Source: Eledone cirrhosa (lineage: Eukaryota). Taken from it: a stretch of DNA of 64,000 nt. A program made the translations under genes and the position numbers. Below the pieces are notes generated by a model, which had not been told where the DNA came from, did no database searches, and saw nothing but the letters and a program-made list of their open reading frames with translations. Position 1 is the stretch's first letter, and each line of letters starts with the position of its first letter. Shown here one piece after another: positions 13,336-25,630 of the stretch. The stretch is taken from assembly GCA_964016885.1 (NCBI GenBank), contig OZ024741.1, forward strand, positions 329,902,001-329,966,000, in the 5' to 3' direction.

Positions 13336-14784
13336 CGTCACCACATTTACAGTGTGTACTGGGTGCTTTTTGTTGTGATACCTACACGACCACTTTATAG
13401 TGTGGGCTGAGGACTTGGATGGGAGAGGTGTGTGGGGATTGGGAAGGTGGATATTTGGACATGTGCGAGGAGTGGACTTTTAGGACATGGGAGGTAAGTT
13501 AGATATATGCTTCAGCCTGTGTTCATGGAAGAGTGGAGTGGGTGTAGGTGTAGGTGGTGTGTACTATATTTATGGTTCAGGATGGATTCAGTTTGAAACT
13601 GGTTAGACCATTACTCAACAGAGTACTCAATACTTGGGGTAGTAGAGTATGGTTATATTATAAAGAGTCGGGACTCAACAACTGAGCTCTTGCCGACCAG
13701 AAACAAATTTCATCCAGGAGATAGATGCATAATGTACCTGTACCAAAACACAGCCACTGCACTTGCTATTAACTAAAATGTGTGCACTCTAAACGATGGG
13801 ATACAGTTTCACTACTGCAATCTTATAGATTCATTGAGTGGGTGAGTTGTGGCTGGAGATTGATGAATTAATATCAATGATTTTCGTAAACCTTGTATTT
13901 TTATTCCTAGTTCCACTGACTTATCTCCTGTATAAGGTTAGAGTTTTCCATATTTTTATTTATATTGTTTAAATATTGAGTATTGAATGTTCGACTTTGT
14001 ATTAGTCAGCCTTTACATGTGGATATATATGTGTATATGCATATATCTTGATATGAATATATACACATACAACATACTGGTTGAATTCAATATTGGCGGA
14101 AATTCCACAGTTTAAATTCAACCACCATAACATGTTTTCTCATACAGCAGCATTCCTTTATTTTCATTAGAGGTCATGTGTCATGTTGCATAGAACTGCT
14201 AGATTCATTATTTGAGTGGTATGCGCTGCCACACACACTACAAAGGCCAATGTATTGACTTGGGCACCTGCTGAGAACTGCAATAGGCTGATTGGTTAAT
14301 ATCTGCTGATATTACACAATTTTCTGAACACTGCAGGTTTAATATCTGTAGTTGTGAAGAATATTGCACAAAAACGGATTCTGTCCAGGAGATAGATGCA
14401 TAACATATTTGTAACAAAACACAGCCACCGCACTTGCTATTAACTAAAATGTGTGCACTCTGAACAACGGGAGGTATATATATATATATATATATATGTG
14501 TATTTAAAAAAAAAAAAGAGTCCTGTGTGCCTAAAAACATACTAATGAATAAAAAATATGGGTTTAAAGCACTAAAACAACATATCTCTAGTGGTCAACT
14601 GATAGGATGCGACTACTGTCTATATTCGCTCATTTTCTTGTCTTTGCCCACATTTTTTATTCATATATATATGTGTGTTTATATATATATGTTTATACAT
14701 ATGTATATACATATATATCATCTGCTAAGGTCAATTTTGTCTTTTACAACACAATACCATATAAAAAATATCTTCTCATTGGAA

Positions 14785-16972
14785 GTGTCACTACGAAAGG
14801 CTACTAAATGAGGAGAATAAATGGGAGAAAGACAGTCTCCCCCACATCGACCCAATAGAGGGACCAGCAGTGTTAGTCGAAGGTAGTATAATAAGTAAGG
14901 CAATCAAAGATATGAAGACGGGTAAGGCGGCTGGGCCTTCGGAAATAGTTGCTGAGATGCTGAAAGCCTCTGGTACGGTGGGACACACCATGGTCACCCG
15001 GATAGTAAACCAAGTCATACAGAATGGGGTTGTTCCGAAGGACTGGCGTAGCAGCATCATCGTTAACTGTTACAAGGGTAAAGGCATTAAATTAATCGAC
15101 CAGGTCATGAAGGTCATGGAAAAAGTAATAGCGCAACTAATCAGAGAGAGAATTGATCTAGATGAAATGCAGTTCGGGTTTGTGTCAGGAAAAAGTACCA
15201 CAGACGCTCTTTTCATTGTACGACAACTACAGGAGAAGTACCTAGCTAAAAGTAAACCCCTATACTTAGCTTTTGTCGACTTGGAGTAAGCCTTCGACAG
15301 AGTCCCCCGTTCCATTATCTGGTGGGCTCTTAGAAAACTAGGTGTTGACGAATGGCTTGTGAGAGCTATACAAGCCATGTATAAAGAAACAGTCAGCAAG
15401 GTTAGAATTAACAACGAATATAGTGAAGAGTTTAGCGTAAAAGTTGGTGTCCTCTGTTCTTAGCCTCCTACTATTTATTATTGCCCTTCAGGCTATAACA
15501 GAGGAGTTCAAGACCGGCTGCTCATGGGAACTCCTATACGCAGATGATCTAACGCTCATAGCTGAATCAATGGCTGAGCTAGAGAAGAAATTCCAAACAT
15601 GGAAGCACGGCCTAGAATCAAAAGGCCTTAAAATTAACCTGGCTAAGACTAAAGTTCTATTTTGTAGGAAAGAAAATAAGGCGGCGGTCCCTTCCGGGAA
15701 ATGGCCATGCTCAGTGTGTAGGAAGGGCGTAGGTAGAAACTCCATTTTATGTCCCAAATGCAAAGTATGGGTGCATAAAAGATGTAGTGGGATCACAGGT
15801 AAGCTAACTAAGAACACAGATTTTACATGTGGCCGGTGCTCTGGTGCAATAAGTAGCAGCAAGTGCCCACAAAATACTAGCTCATTCCATTGCACAGATG
15901 GTTCTATAGAAATAGTGGACACCTTCCGTTACCTGGGTGACAAAATCAGCAGTGCTCTGAAAGTACAGTAGCTAGAGTCAGAACTGGATGGAAAAAGTTC
16001 AGAGAGCTTATACCACTATTAGCCGCTAAAGGGTTCTCCCTAAAAATGAAAGGCAGGTTGTATGATGCCTGCATACGAACAGCAATGTTGCATGGCAGTG
16101 AGACCTGGGCATTGTGTGCAGAGGATATACGCAGACTAGAGAGGAACGAAGCTTGCATGCTCCGCTGGATGTGTAATAGTAATATACGTGAACGGCAAAG
16201 CATAAACGAACTAAGGAAAAAATTAGAAATAAGAGGGATCAGATGTTGTTTACTCGAGAGAAGGCTACATTGGTATGGTCACGTGATGCGCATGAAAGAC
16301 GACAGCTGTATAACAAAGTGCAGGGCAATAAAGATAGATGGTAGCCACGGAGTAGGCAGACCCAGAAAAACATCCAGGCCGAAACAAATGAGATCGTGTA
16401 GGTGTCACGACAAAAAAACACACAGTCCACGCTGTAATGTGGCCGTGTAGGTAACACGGTAAAAACCTCCCAGTCCCACACTGTAAATGTGGTTTGTGTT
16501 AGGAAGGGCATCCAGCTGTAGAAAACACGCCAGACAGTCCACGCTGTAATGTGGCCGTGTAGGCAACACGGTAAAAACCTCCCAGTCCCACACTGTAAAT
16601 GTGGTTGGTGTTAGGAAGGGCATCCAGCTGTAGAAAACACGCCAGACAGTCCACGCTGTAATGTGGCCGTGTAGGCAACACGGTAAAAACCTCCCAGTCC
16701 CACACTGTAAATGTGGTTGGTGTTAGGAAGGGCATCCAGCTGTAGAAAACACGCCAGACAGTCCACGCTGTAATGTGGCCGTGTAGGCAACACGGTAAAA
16801 ACCTCCCAGTCCCACACTGTAAATGTGGTTGGTGTTAGGAAGGGCATCCAGCTGTAGAAAACCCGCCAGACAGTCCTATGCGAGCAAGACAACCACTCTT
16901 GCCTCAAGTGGGAAAACTCCCGTCCAAACCCATGCAAGCGTTAAACGATGATGATGATGACGATGATGATGA
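14785..16972 (+). mobile_element. RTE-clade LINE (subfamily A), 5'-truncated
   Basis: RT motifs FVDLE and YADD, PHD-like insert, MLRWM; highly similar to 31078-33917; (GAT)n tail. Confidence 0.93.
16422..16876. repeat. Tandem array, 4 x 112 bp, of the RTE 3' UTR segment
   Basis: ACAGTCCACGCTGTAATGTGGCC..AGGAAGGGCATCCAGCTGTAGAAAA recurs with period 112; the ORF track shows repeated peptides. Confidence 0.95.
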
Positions 16973-17485
16973 TCCCTCCTTCCAAATGACCGATTCCTCA
17001 ATCACTTGACCTCCACAAATCACTGTCATTTAATAAGAAAGAATGAGACTAGAATTAATATCAATGTGTAACAAACTGTATGAAATGTTTTTACTTTACT
17101 AAGGGGTGTTGAATTTTTGTTGTTTGCCAGAATGATGTCCATATTCTGTATAAATACAAAGTCAGTTGAAAAGTTCATAGGCTGACCAAGATACTTTAAT
17201 GGAATGACTAAATGAGGTTTATTGTTCAACATAGTCCCTGGAAAGAAACAATGCAGTTATTAATAAGAAGAGTTAAAATTAATGCATGCAAGATTTCACA
17301 ACTCTAGTATCATTCCGTCATAGTCAGCCTACCTTTGCATTTCATAATTAAAGGGAACAAAAAAAAAAGAAGAAATAAAATAGAAAATATGAAATCGTTT
17401 CATTAGAGAAATGTCTTTCTTTTTTCTTTGTTTTATTTTTGTTTAAATTCTGATTTTATTATAGAGTTGAATTTAATTAATTTAG

Positions 17486-19297
17486 TTACTTGTTTGTAAA
17501 TATTCGTGTTGTGTTTGTTAATTGAGGGTTAGTGAATAGATGTGTTGTTGGGGTCATTTGTAAAGTTGGAAAAATCTGAGCTGTTGAAGACATTTGGATT
17601 GTATGAAAAATCTGGGTTATGGGTGTATTAGCAAGAGATACTGTATGGGGGCCAAGTGTTGCCTGCTGAGGGATGCAAGCAGTAGCACCACCTGTATTTG
17701 TTTGGAGCACTGTATGTCCTTCTGTTATCTGACCTTGTGAATCAATGGTGGTCAGTCCCGAAGCAATGCTAGCATCTTGTATTATGTTCAATTGTGGTTG
17801 TTGTTGTTCCATTTGTTGTTGTTGTATATGCTGTACATGGTTTTGATAATTTACTCCAGTGACAGGAGTCTGTGTGTCTCCAACATCTGATGTCTCTGCC
17901 GTATTGTTCATAACTGTGACAGCAGAAACGGCAGCAGCCATGATGTCAGCACGTGGCACACAGCTCAGCTTTCTGCGACCCTTTGTCGGTCTTTTGTGCT
18001 TCAGAAGGTGGTCATAGCGAGAGAAGGCAAAGCCGCACACGTCACATTGGTATGGTCGTTCCCCGGAGTGTATACGGCCGTGAACTTTCAGGTAAGACTT
18101 CCGGGAAAACGCCTTATCACATATTTCACAATTGTACTGTTTATGTGCTCCTTCCTGGTGGCACAGTTTATGACGCTCAAGGTTGTCACGCCGAGAGAAG
18201 GTTTTATTGCAGATGGTGCAATGAAATGGAACTGTGTTGCAGTTGGTGCTTTTCTGAGATGATTTTGTACTACTGACGGGGAGGGCATATGTTGTGATAA
18301 TTCCCGACCCATTGTCCTCCTGTTTCCAGCAGATGTTTGAATGGTCTACTGCACTGGCATCAAGATAGCAACCACTGCATGATGTTGTAACAACTGCAGG
18401 AAGTATTTTGACAATGTTCATAACATTGGTGCCATCTGCAGCAAGAATTGAAACACTTTCCTCTGCATCTGTCCTCGATAAATCCACTGTGGCTGGCACT
18501 ACTGCAGATGTTTCAGCTGCAGTTGGTGCAACAGCTGTATCTGTAGAAATAGCTTCTACTGCTTCATCATCAATGTCTTGTTTTAACACAAGATGCGGTT
18601 GATATTGCTGCAGCTCAGACTGCTGCTGTTGTGATTCCAGTAGTTTCTGCTGCTGCTGCTGTTGTTGTTGTTGTTGTTGCAATTCCTGTTGAATTTGCAA
18701 CAGATCAGATGTTGTTAGTTTCTTTGTATCTTCATCTTTCTTTATTGCACAGATATAATTTACCTGGTTCTCACCTGATAACACAGGAAATGCATTAGAG
18801 ATGATGCAACGCTCGTTCGACGTTTGTTGTATGTAGTTCTGATATGTTTTCTGTTGTTGTTGTTCTTGTTGTTCGCTGCATCCAACTGAAACTTGACTTG
18901 AAGTATTGTTGCAATTACTACTGCAGTTGTTGGTGGTGGTGGTTGTGACATTGGTTGTGGTGGTGCAGTTGTTTACATTGTTGCCATTAGAAACCGGCAT
19001 GCTGGCAATAGAAGTGATGACGTCAAATATTTTGTCTGAGTGTTGTTTACGCCGGTGTCGCACCAAGTGGTCATCACGTGCAAATGCACAGCTGCAAATG
19101 CCACAGACGTATGGCTTCTCTCCCGTGTGTGTCCGACCGTGCACTTTCAGGTAGGACTTGCGTGAGAAACCCTTTTGGCACACGTCACAGTAGTAGACTG
19201 GTCTGGATAGGTGGGCTGCCTTGTGCCTCTCTAGGTTGTCACGGCGACTGAAAGACCTTCCGCAGATATCACAGCGAAGAATCTTTTTCATCCTCAT
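17486..19297 (-). CDS. C2H2 zinc-finger protein (603 aa): two three-finger arrays with polyQ/T/N linker and Q/T-rich C-terminus
   Basis: Intact long ORF with CxxC..F..L..H..H fingers, TGEKPY/SGERPY linkers and polyQ tracts. The coding sequence appears to lie in a single exon. Confidence 0.93.
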   Translation of the reverse strand: MRMKKILRCDICGRSFSRRDNLERHKAAHLSRPVYYCDVCQKGFSRKSYLKVHGRTHTGEKPYVCGICSCAFARDDHLVRHRRKQHSDKIFDVITSIASMPVSNGNNVNNCTTTTNVTTTTTNNCSSNCNNTSSQVSVGCSEQQEQQQQKTYQNYIQQTSNERCIISNAFPVLSGENQVNYICAIKKDEDTKKLTTSDLLQIQQELQQQQQQQQQQQKLLESQQQQSELQQYQPHLVLKQDIDDEAVEAISTDTAVAPTAAETSAVVPATVDLSRTDAEESVSILAADGTNVMNIVKILPAVVTTSCSGCYLDASAVDHSNICWKQEDNGSGIITTYALPVSSTKSSQKSTNCNTVPFHCTICNKTFSRRDNLERHKLCHQEGAHKQYNCEICDKAFSRKSYLKVHGRIHSGERPYQCDVCGFAFSRYDHLLKHKRPTKGRRKLSCVPRADIMAAAVSAVTVMNNTAETSDVGDTQTPVTGVNYQNHVQHIQQQQMEQQQPQLNIIQDASIASGLTTIDSQGQITEGHTVLQTNTGGATACIPQQATLGPHTVSLANTPITQIFHTIQMSSTAQIFPTLQMTPTTHLFTNPQLTNTTRIFTNK

Positions 19298-19564
19298 TGA
19301 AGACAGCAGGGTGGGGTAGGATGGGATGGGACTGAGGGGTAAAGGAGAATGTGTGAGTGTGTGATGAGTTGAGGGAGAGAGAATGAGAGATAAGTTGAGA
19401 GAAAAGGGAGAGTGAGAGAAAGAGAGAAAGTGGGAGATAAATTGAGGGGGAGTGAGAGAAAGAGAGAACGTGGAAGATAAATTGAGAGAGTGTTGGATGA
19501 AGATGTCAGCTATACACTGAGATATGAAAAGTTATAATTGTTATTTCATAAATGAACCTAATAA

Positions 19565-19800
19565 GTGGAGACATATCACACAGTTGATCTGTTGAGTGAA
19601 GACATGATATCACGTAGTTGATCTGTTCAGTGAAGGACATCTCTTCAGTGGAGACATGATATCACACAGTTGATTTGTTCATTGAAGACATATCACACAG
19701 TTGATCTGTTCATCGAAGACATCTGCTCAATTGAGACATGATATCACACTGTTCATCTGTTGAGTGGAAGCCATCATATCAAACTGTTGATCTGTTGATG
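19565..19800. repeat. Degenerate tandem repeat (~30-45 bp; ATATCACACAGTTGATCTGTTCAGTGAAGAC)
   Basis: About 6 copies visible upstream of the ZNF start codon. Confidence 0.85.
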
Positions 19801-19861
19801 TCTTTTGTCACACAAAATTATTCGGTGATTGAAGGAGTTACATAAGTGTTGTTCAATAATA

Positions 19862-20087
19862 GTGGTCATCTAGTATTGACAGCTGGACTGTGGTCATGTA
19901 GTATTGACTGATAGCTGCACTGTAGTTATGTAGTGTTGACAGTTGCACTGTGGGCATGTAATGTTGACAGCTGGACTGTGGTCATGTAGTGTTGACAGCT
20001 GCACTGTAGTTATGTAGTGTTAACAGTTGCACTATGGACATGTAGTGTTGACAGCTTCACTGTAGTCATGTGGTATTGACAGCTGGA
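19862..20087. repeat. Tandem repeat, ~28-bp unit (GTAGTGTTGACAGCTGCACTGTGGTCAT), ~8 copies
   Basis: Seen directly in the sequence. Confidence 0.9.
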
Positions 20088-20177
20088 TTCTCTGGATTGA
20101 TGTTAGCGGAAGACTTCTCCTCCTCCTCCTCCTGTCTCCACAACTGTACTCTCCATTCTTTTCACTTTGATGGAATA

Positions 20178-20195
20178 ACTGGAAAAGAAAAATAA
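20178..20195 (-). other. Candidate splice acceptor for an upstream ZNF exon (alternative acceptor at 19332)
   Basis: Minus strand reads TTTTTCTTTTCCAG|TT here; a second candidate TTCTCCTTTACCCCTCAG|T lies at 19332. Confidence 0.45.
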
Positions 20196-21119
20196 ACAGT
20201 AACAATAGAGGCAATCAGGGGTTAACTAAATAGTTATATGTAGGTAGTTGATTGGTAGTTATTAGAAAATTGGATGGAATTATTTGCAGTATTCGTTCCA
20301 GCTTGAAATCTTGCTAAGGTCATCTTTACCTTTCATCCTTTCGAGGTCAATCCTTCCTCTACATCTCTTTCTTACTTTTTATCTCCTTCTGTGGAAGAAA
20401 TTGACTGTTTAGACCTGGTGAGAGGATGGAATCTACCAGGTTTAAAATGTCCAAGACACGCCATATGTCACTATGGCACACCTACGATTCCATCAGAAAT
20501 TACGGGTCCACACATACAAATAACTATGTATCATGTAAAATTTTCTCATTTAAAATCTGTCAACATCATAACGGGAAAGCTTGTGATAGGTTGTGGATTC
20601 AATTCCCAGTCTGAGTAACTCACAGAGACCTTGACCAAAGCACTTCATTTCACATTACTCCTGTTCACTCAGCTTTTTTTTTTTTTTACTATAGGTCTGT
20701 CCACTCAACCCTGGCTGGCCTGGGATTAGACCAACATTTATCTATCTATTGACATTACAATTTATGTACTATAGTATTGTTGCTTACAGGTTTACAATAC
20801 TTTCCGTTTACCAAATTTCACTCATAAATTATTGATCAAACTTAAGGCTAAGATACAAACCCATGCCCGATGTGCTCCACCATCTGATCAAACCTGGAAC
20901 CTCATATGGCAATTAATCTTCAAATTTAACTATTTTGATAACAAACACCTGAAACCAGTCTATTTATGAGCCCAAAACTACTAATTTAAAAAATGTTTAT
21001 ATTTATATTAAATCCTTCCATCATAATTTTATTTAAGAAATTTTTGTTAAATAATGTTTTGATTATCAGGTTATTAATGAAAGTGTCAAGTTATTTTATA
21101 AAATTCCTCCAAATATCTG

Positions 21120-22850
21120 ATTATTTACAGTGTGGGTTCGGTACTTTTTGTCGTGACCCCCAAATCACCACTTTACAATGTGGACTGGGGACTTTGGTGG
21201 GGATTGGAGAGATAGATATAGGGGCATGTGTGAGGGGTGGAGTTTTAGGACATGCATCGGGTGTTAGAATATTAGAGGTATATGGAAAGGGGGATGGAGA
21301 TGAAGGTAGTGCACACTAGATGTATGCTTCAGTCAGTATTCATGGGAAGGTATTCTGTATAACTGCATAACACCAGAGATCTCAGTCATCGCCTTTGAGA
21401 GTGCAATTGGGCAAGGCCAGCTTTTATCACTTCATCCCAAGTCTTCCCACTCTATGGCTTCTATCAACTTTCAGCGCTCTGCACCTTTTTATACAACTGT
21501 AATCCTTCATACACATCACATGTCCATACCAATTTTGAGCGCTCTGTATCTTTTGTTCATACCTATCACATGTCCATACCAATGCAATTTCCTCTCTTGC
21601 ACACTATCTGATCCCTCTTATGCCTAGTTTCTCTCTCAGTTCATTTATGCTTTGCCGTTCATGTATATTACTATTACACATCTATTGGAGCATGCAAGCT
21701 TCATTTCTTTCCAATCTTCGCAGGTTCTCTGCATACAGTGCCCAGGTCTCGCTATCATGCAATATTATTATTTGTATTTATGCATCACACAACCTGCCTT
21801 TTATTTTGAGGAGAAAACCTTTTGTAGTTAGCAACAATACTAGATCCCTGAACTTTCTCCACCCAGTTCTTATTCTGGATACTAAACTTTCAGAACACCC
21901 TCCTCCACTGTTAATTTGGTAACCTAGGTAACAGATACTGTTGACTATTTCTACAAAGCCTTCTGGGCATTTAAAGGAGCTAGAATGCTCTTGCTACTTA
22001 CTGCATCTGTGCATCAGCCGCATATAAAACCTATGTTCTTTTATAGCCTGCCTGTGATTCCATTACTTCTTTTGTACACCCATAGCTTGCATTTGGGACA
22101 TAGGATGGAATTTCTACCCACTCCTTTCCTGCACACTGAGCAAGGCCATTTCCCTAAGGGAATCTGGGCCGTTTTCCTTTCTACATTCTAGGACTTTAGT
22201 CTTAGACAAGTTTAACTTTAAGTACTTTTGATTCTAAGGGATGCTTCCAGGTTGGGAATTTCTTCTCTAATTCTGTCATAGATTCAGCTATAAGGGTTAG
22301 ATCAACTGCATACAGAAGTCCCCATGGGCAGCTAGTCTTAAACTCTTCTTGTTATAGTTCGTAGGGTAATAATAAACAGGAGAAGGCTAAGGACGAAGCC
22401 CTGACAGACACCTACTTACATGTTAGTCTTCACTATAGTCATTGTTAATTCTAACCTTGCCGACTGAGATACATAACTTTTACAGTCTTCACAAACCACT
22501 CATCTACTCCTAGTTTTCTAAGAGCCCACCAGATAATGGAATGGGACTCTGTCAAAGGCTTTCTCCAGGTCAAGAAGAGCTAAATAGAGAGGTTTACTTT
22601 TAGCTAGGTACTTCAGCAGTTGCCTAACAAGGAAGAGAGCATCTGTGGTACTTTTACCTGGCACAAATCCAAACTGCATCTCATCTAGGTTAACTTGTTC
22701 TCTAATCAGCTGTGCAATAGCTCTTTCTGTGGCCTTCATGGCCTAGTCAACCAACTTAATGTCTCTATAGGTTACTCTGTCTCTAGAGCATCTCCTTTGC
22801 CTTTGTAGCAGTTGACAATGATGCTGCTATGCTGGTCGTTGGGTATGATT
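21120..22850 (-). mobile_element. Decayed RTE LINE (older subfamily)
   Basis: QFGFVPGKSTTDALF, DLEKAFDRVP and GKWPCSVC motifs on the minus strand, plus the 3' UTR. Confidence 0.88.
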
Positions 22851-24284
22851 AGAAATACGGTAATGAAGGGGTTAAATAGATACTTCATTTGTAAATATCA
22901 TAAGTCTGTTATGGAGAATTATGTTTGCCATTCCAAGACTGTTTCAAGAACTAAGCTTCAAATATTCGTAGATCTTAGCCGAGAGGTTAGAATAAAGGGA
23001 GAGTACTCTAAAGGAAAGAACAAAAATATTTACTTGATTTAACATACTTTATATACTAGTCCAGAAGTGGGGAACCTTTTCATGCTGAAAGGCTGCAACT
23101 GAACTATATCATAAATGCCCAGTTTAGTGGCATGTTAATAATACACTGAAGTGGCGTCCAAGTAATACTAATTAACCTACCTATTCATACCTGCAGCCTC
23201 TAAAGGTAGACAATCCATTCATAAGTAAGCAAAACCTACAAAGAGCTATATAAATAGTGTGTTAACTTTTTTTTACTGTTAACTCCTGATGAAGTTGTAA
23301 AAGTTTGGAAATACATCCTGTCTTGGATATTTTAAACTTGGCAGAGCCCATCCTTGTATAGGTCTGACTACAATCGATTTCTTCCAGACAAAGAAATTAA
23401 GGAAGAAATATGGAGGAAGAATTAACTCCAGTATTGGACTGGTATTTTATTTATCAACCACGAAAGGATAAAAGGCAAAGTTGGCTGGTGAATCCATACT
23501 CAACTGAAAATATTTTGTTTCTGTCTTCGCACTGAAATTAGTGAACATGATTAAGGTTGGTCGGGGGTGGGGTGGGGGGCTAAACAACAACAGCAATAAC
23601 TTTTTATAAATACGGTCTGTACTTTTCAATTGCTGATATGTTACACTTAGGAGAGGAAATGGAAAAAAATAGGCCCTAACATCTATCTGTTCCTTCAAAT
23701 TCTAACAACTTCAACTAAAGCTTGTGTTTTTTCAAGCTTCGATCGTTAACCAGAGCTAAAAAGTTCCTGGCATCACAAAGCAAAACATATCTTATATTTA
23801 ATGATGAAAGTGTCTTTATACTGAAAATTTTGAATAAAACACTGTTTTAATTCTTTATATTGGGCCTTTAATTATTTGAAATCAATAAATTTTTAACTTT
23901 GGCACAAAACTACACATTTTGGAGAGGGGTGTGTCAATCGATTAACTCTTTTGTGAATGAAATATACTTTATTTCAACTAATTAATGAAGAATTTTGAGG
24001 GATTTACTAAAATTTCTAATTATTTCACTACCAAGATAGTAACTTAACATATGGTTCTTATTTCAAACTATACTGGGAAATACTAATTTAGATGGGAACT
24101 TTTTAAAATGGGTAGTAATGTTCCATGGAATCAGAGCCAATTTTGGTCAGATTTGTATGAAAAGGGTTAAATTGAGATTAGCGTTAAGCTTGTACTTTAT
24201 CTTAAAGATACAGGTTACCATTATGGGAATTTGAACCCAGAATAAATACTGATAGGGAACAAATTGGCAGAAGTGTGAGAACCA

Positions 24285-24650
24285 TCTTCATCCTCATTTT
24301 ACATCCATTGTTTCATGCTTGCATGGGTTGGATGGGTCCTTTTCAGTACAGCATCTCTCCACTTGTCATCTCCTCTGTGAGCTTTAGCAATCTGAGATCA
24401 GCCCTCACCACTTCCATCCAGGTCTTCCTCTACTGTTGCTTCCTTCCACTGGGATTATTTGGCACTTTTTCACCCAACGATCATCACATCATCCATACAC
24501 ATCACATATCCATACAAATGCAGTCTTCTCTCCTGCACACTACTTCTGATTCTTCTTACACCCAGTTTTTCCATTAGTTCATCCATACTTTGTCATTCTC
24601 GCACATTAGCATTGCGCACCCATTGAAGCATGCTTGCTTCATTTCTCTCC
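24285..24650 (-). mobile_element. RTE LINE 3' fragment
   Basis: Similar to the reverse complement of 4020-4400. Confidence 0.7.
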
Positions 24651-25351
24651 TGATAAAATAACTTGCAGTATTTATTCCTGTACTTTGCATTTTGTGTCTA
24701 AATACCACCAAGGTCAACTTTGTCATCCATCTTTTTGAGGTTGATAAAAAAAAAACCCAGTCCTGTACTGGGTCCAACCTAATCGTTTCGCTATTATATT
24801 TCTAATGAAATATACCACCCATGTCTTTCAATTAATTTTGGAAATAATTAACAAATTGAAGAAATTTAGTCAAATAACTAACCATAATATTAATAAGGTG
24901 GTGTTTAGTACACAGCTTAACAAAAATATTCTTTTATAATTGTTTTTGATTTAAATAGGAATACTTTAAATCAAGAGAATTTGGGTGGAGAGTGGCGGTA
25001 TCAAAAGGGTTCACTCACTAGCTTCTTTCCCCCATTTGTAGCCTTGTATCTCTTTCTTACTTCCCTTCTCTCACCGTCTTTCTTTAGAAGAAATATGCTA
25101 TCTTCAAACCTGGAGAGAGATTTGGGTTTCACGAGATTTTAAACACACAGTGCCTCAGGATTTAGAAGTCCATAGCATAGCATAAATACTTACAGGTAAG
25201 GAATTGACAGAAGTGCGAGAACATCAGAAGAAATGACTTGTGGTATTTATTACAGTACTTTGTGATTTGAATTGAAATCCTGCTGAGATTAAATATGTCT
25301 TTCTTCTCCAGGTAGTCAATAAATAAAATATCAGTCAAAAGTGGTATGAAG

Positions 25352-25630
25352 GCATGTTGCTTAATGGTTAGAGTGTTGGGTTTACAATCATGAGGTTATG
25401 AATTCGATTCTTGGACTGAATGGGTCATTGAGGCCTTGAGCTGGAAAAATTGAGTTGCGATGGCACTGGTGCCAAGCTGTATTGGCTTTTGCCTTTCCCT
25501 TGGACAATATCAGTGGCATGGAGAGGGGAGATTGCTAGCCTAAAATGAAAACATTTTGCCCAGGCTTATGATTTGTAGAAAAAACTTTCTACGTGCAAAC
25601 CCCTTGCCAGCCACGAGTGAAGGGGGCCTC
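25352..25630 (+). mobile_element. tRNA-derived SINE
   Basis: GCTTAATGGTTAGAGTG (A box), GAATTCGATTC (B box) and a body shared with 4447 and 41580. Confidence 0.7.

Noticed and set aside
16422-16876. CRISPR-like array (also 19862-20087 and 8230-8620)
   Set aside because: These are head-to-tail repeats with no unique spacers, no cas genes, in a eukaryotic context.
17953-19154. Antisense and alternate-frame ORFs overlapping the ZNF and RTE ORFs
   Set aside because: They are shadow frames with no recognisable motifs.
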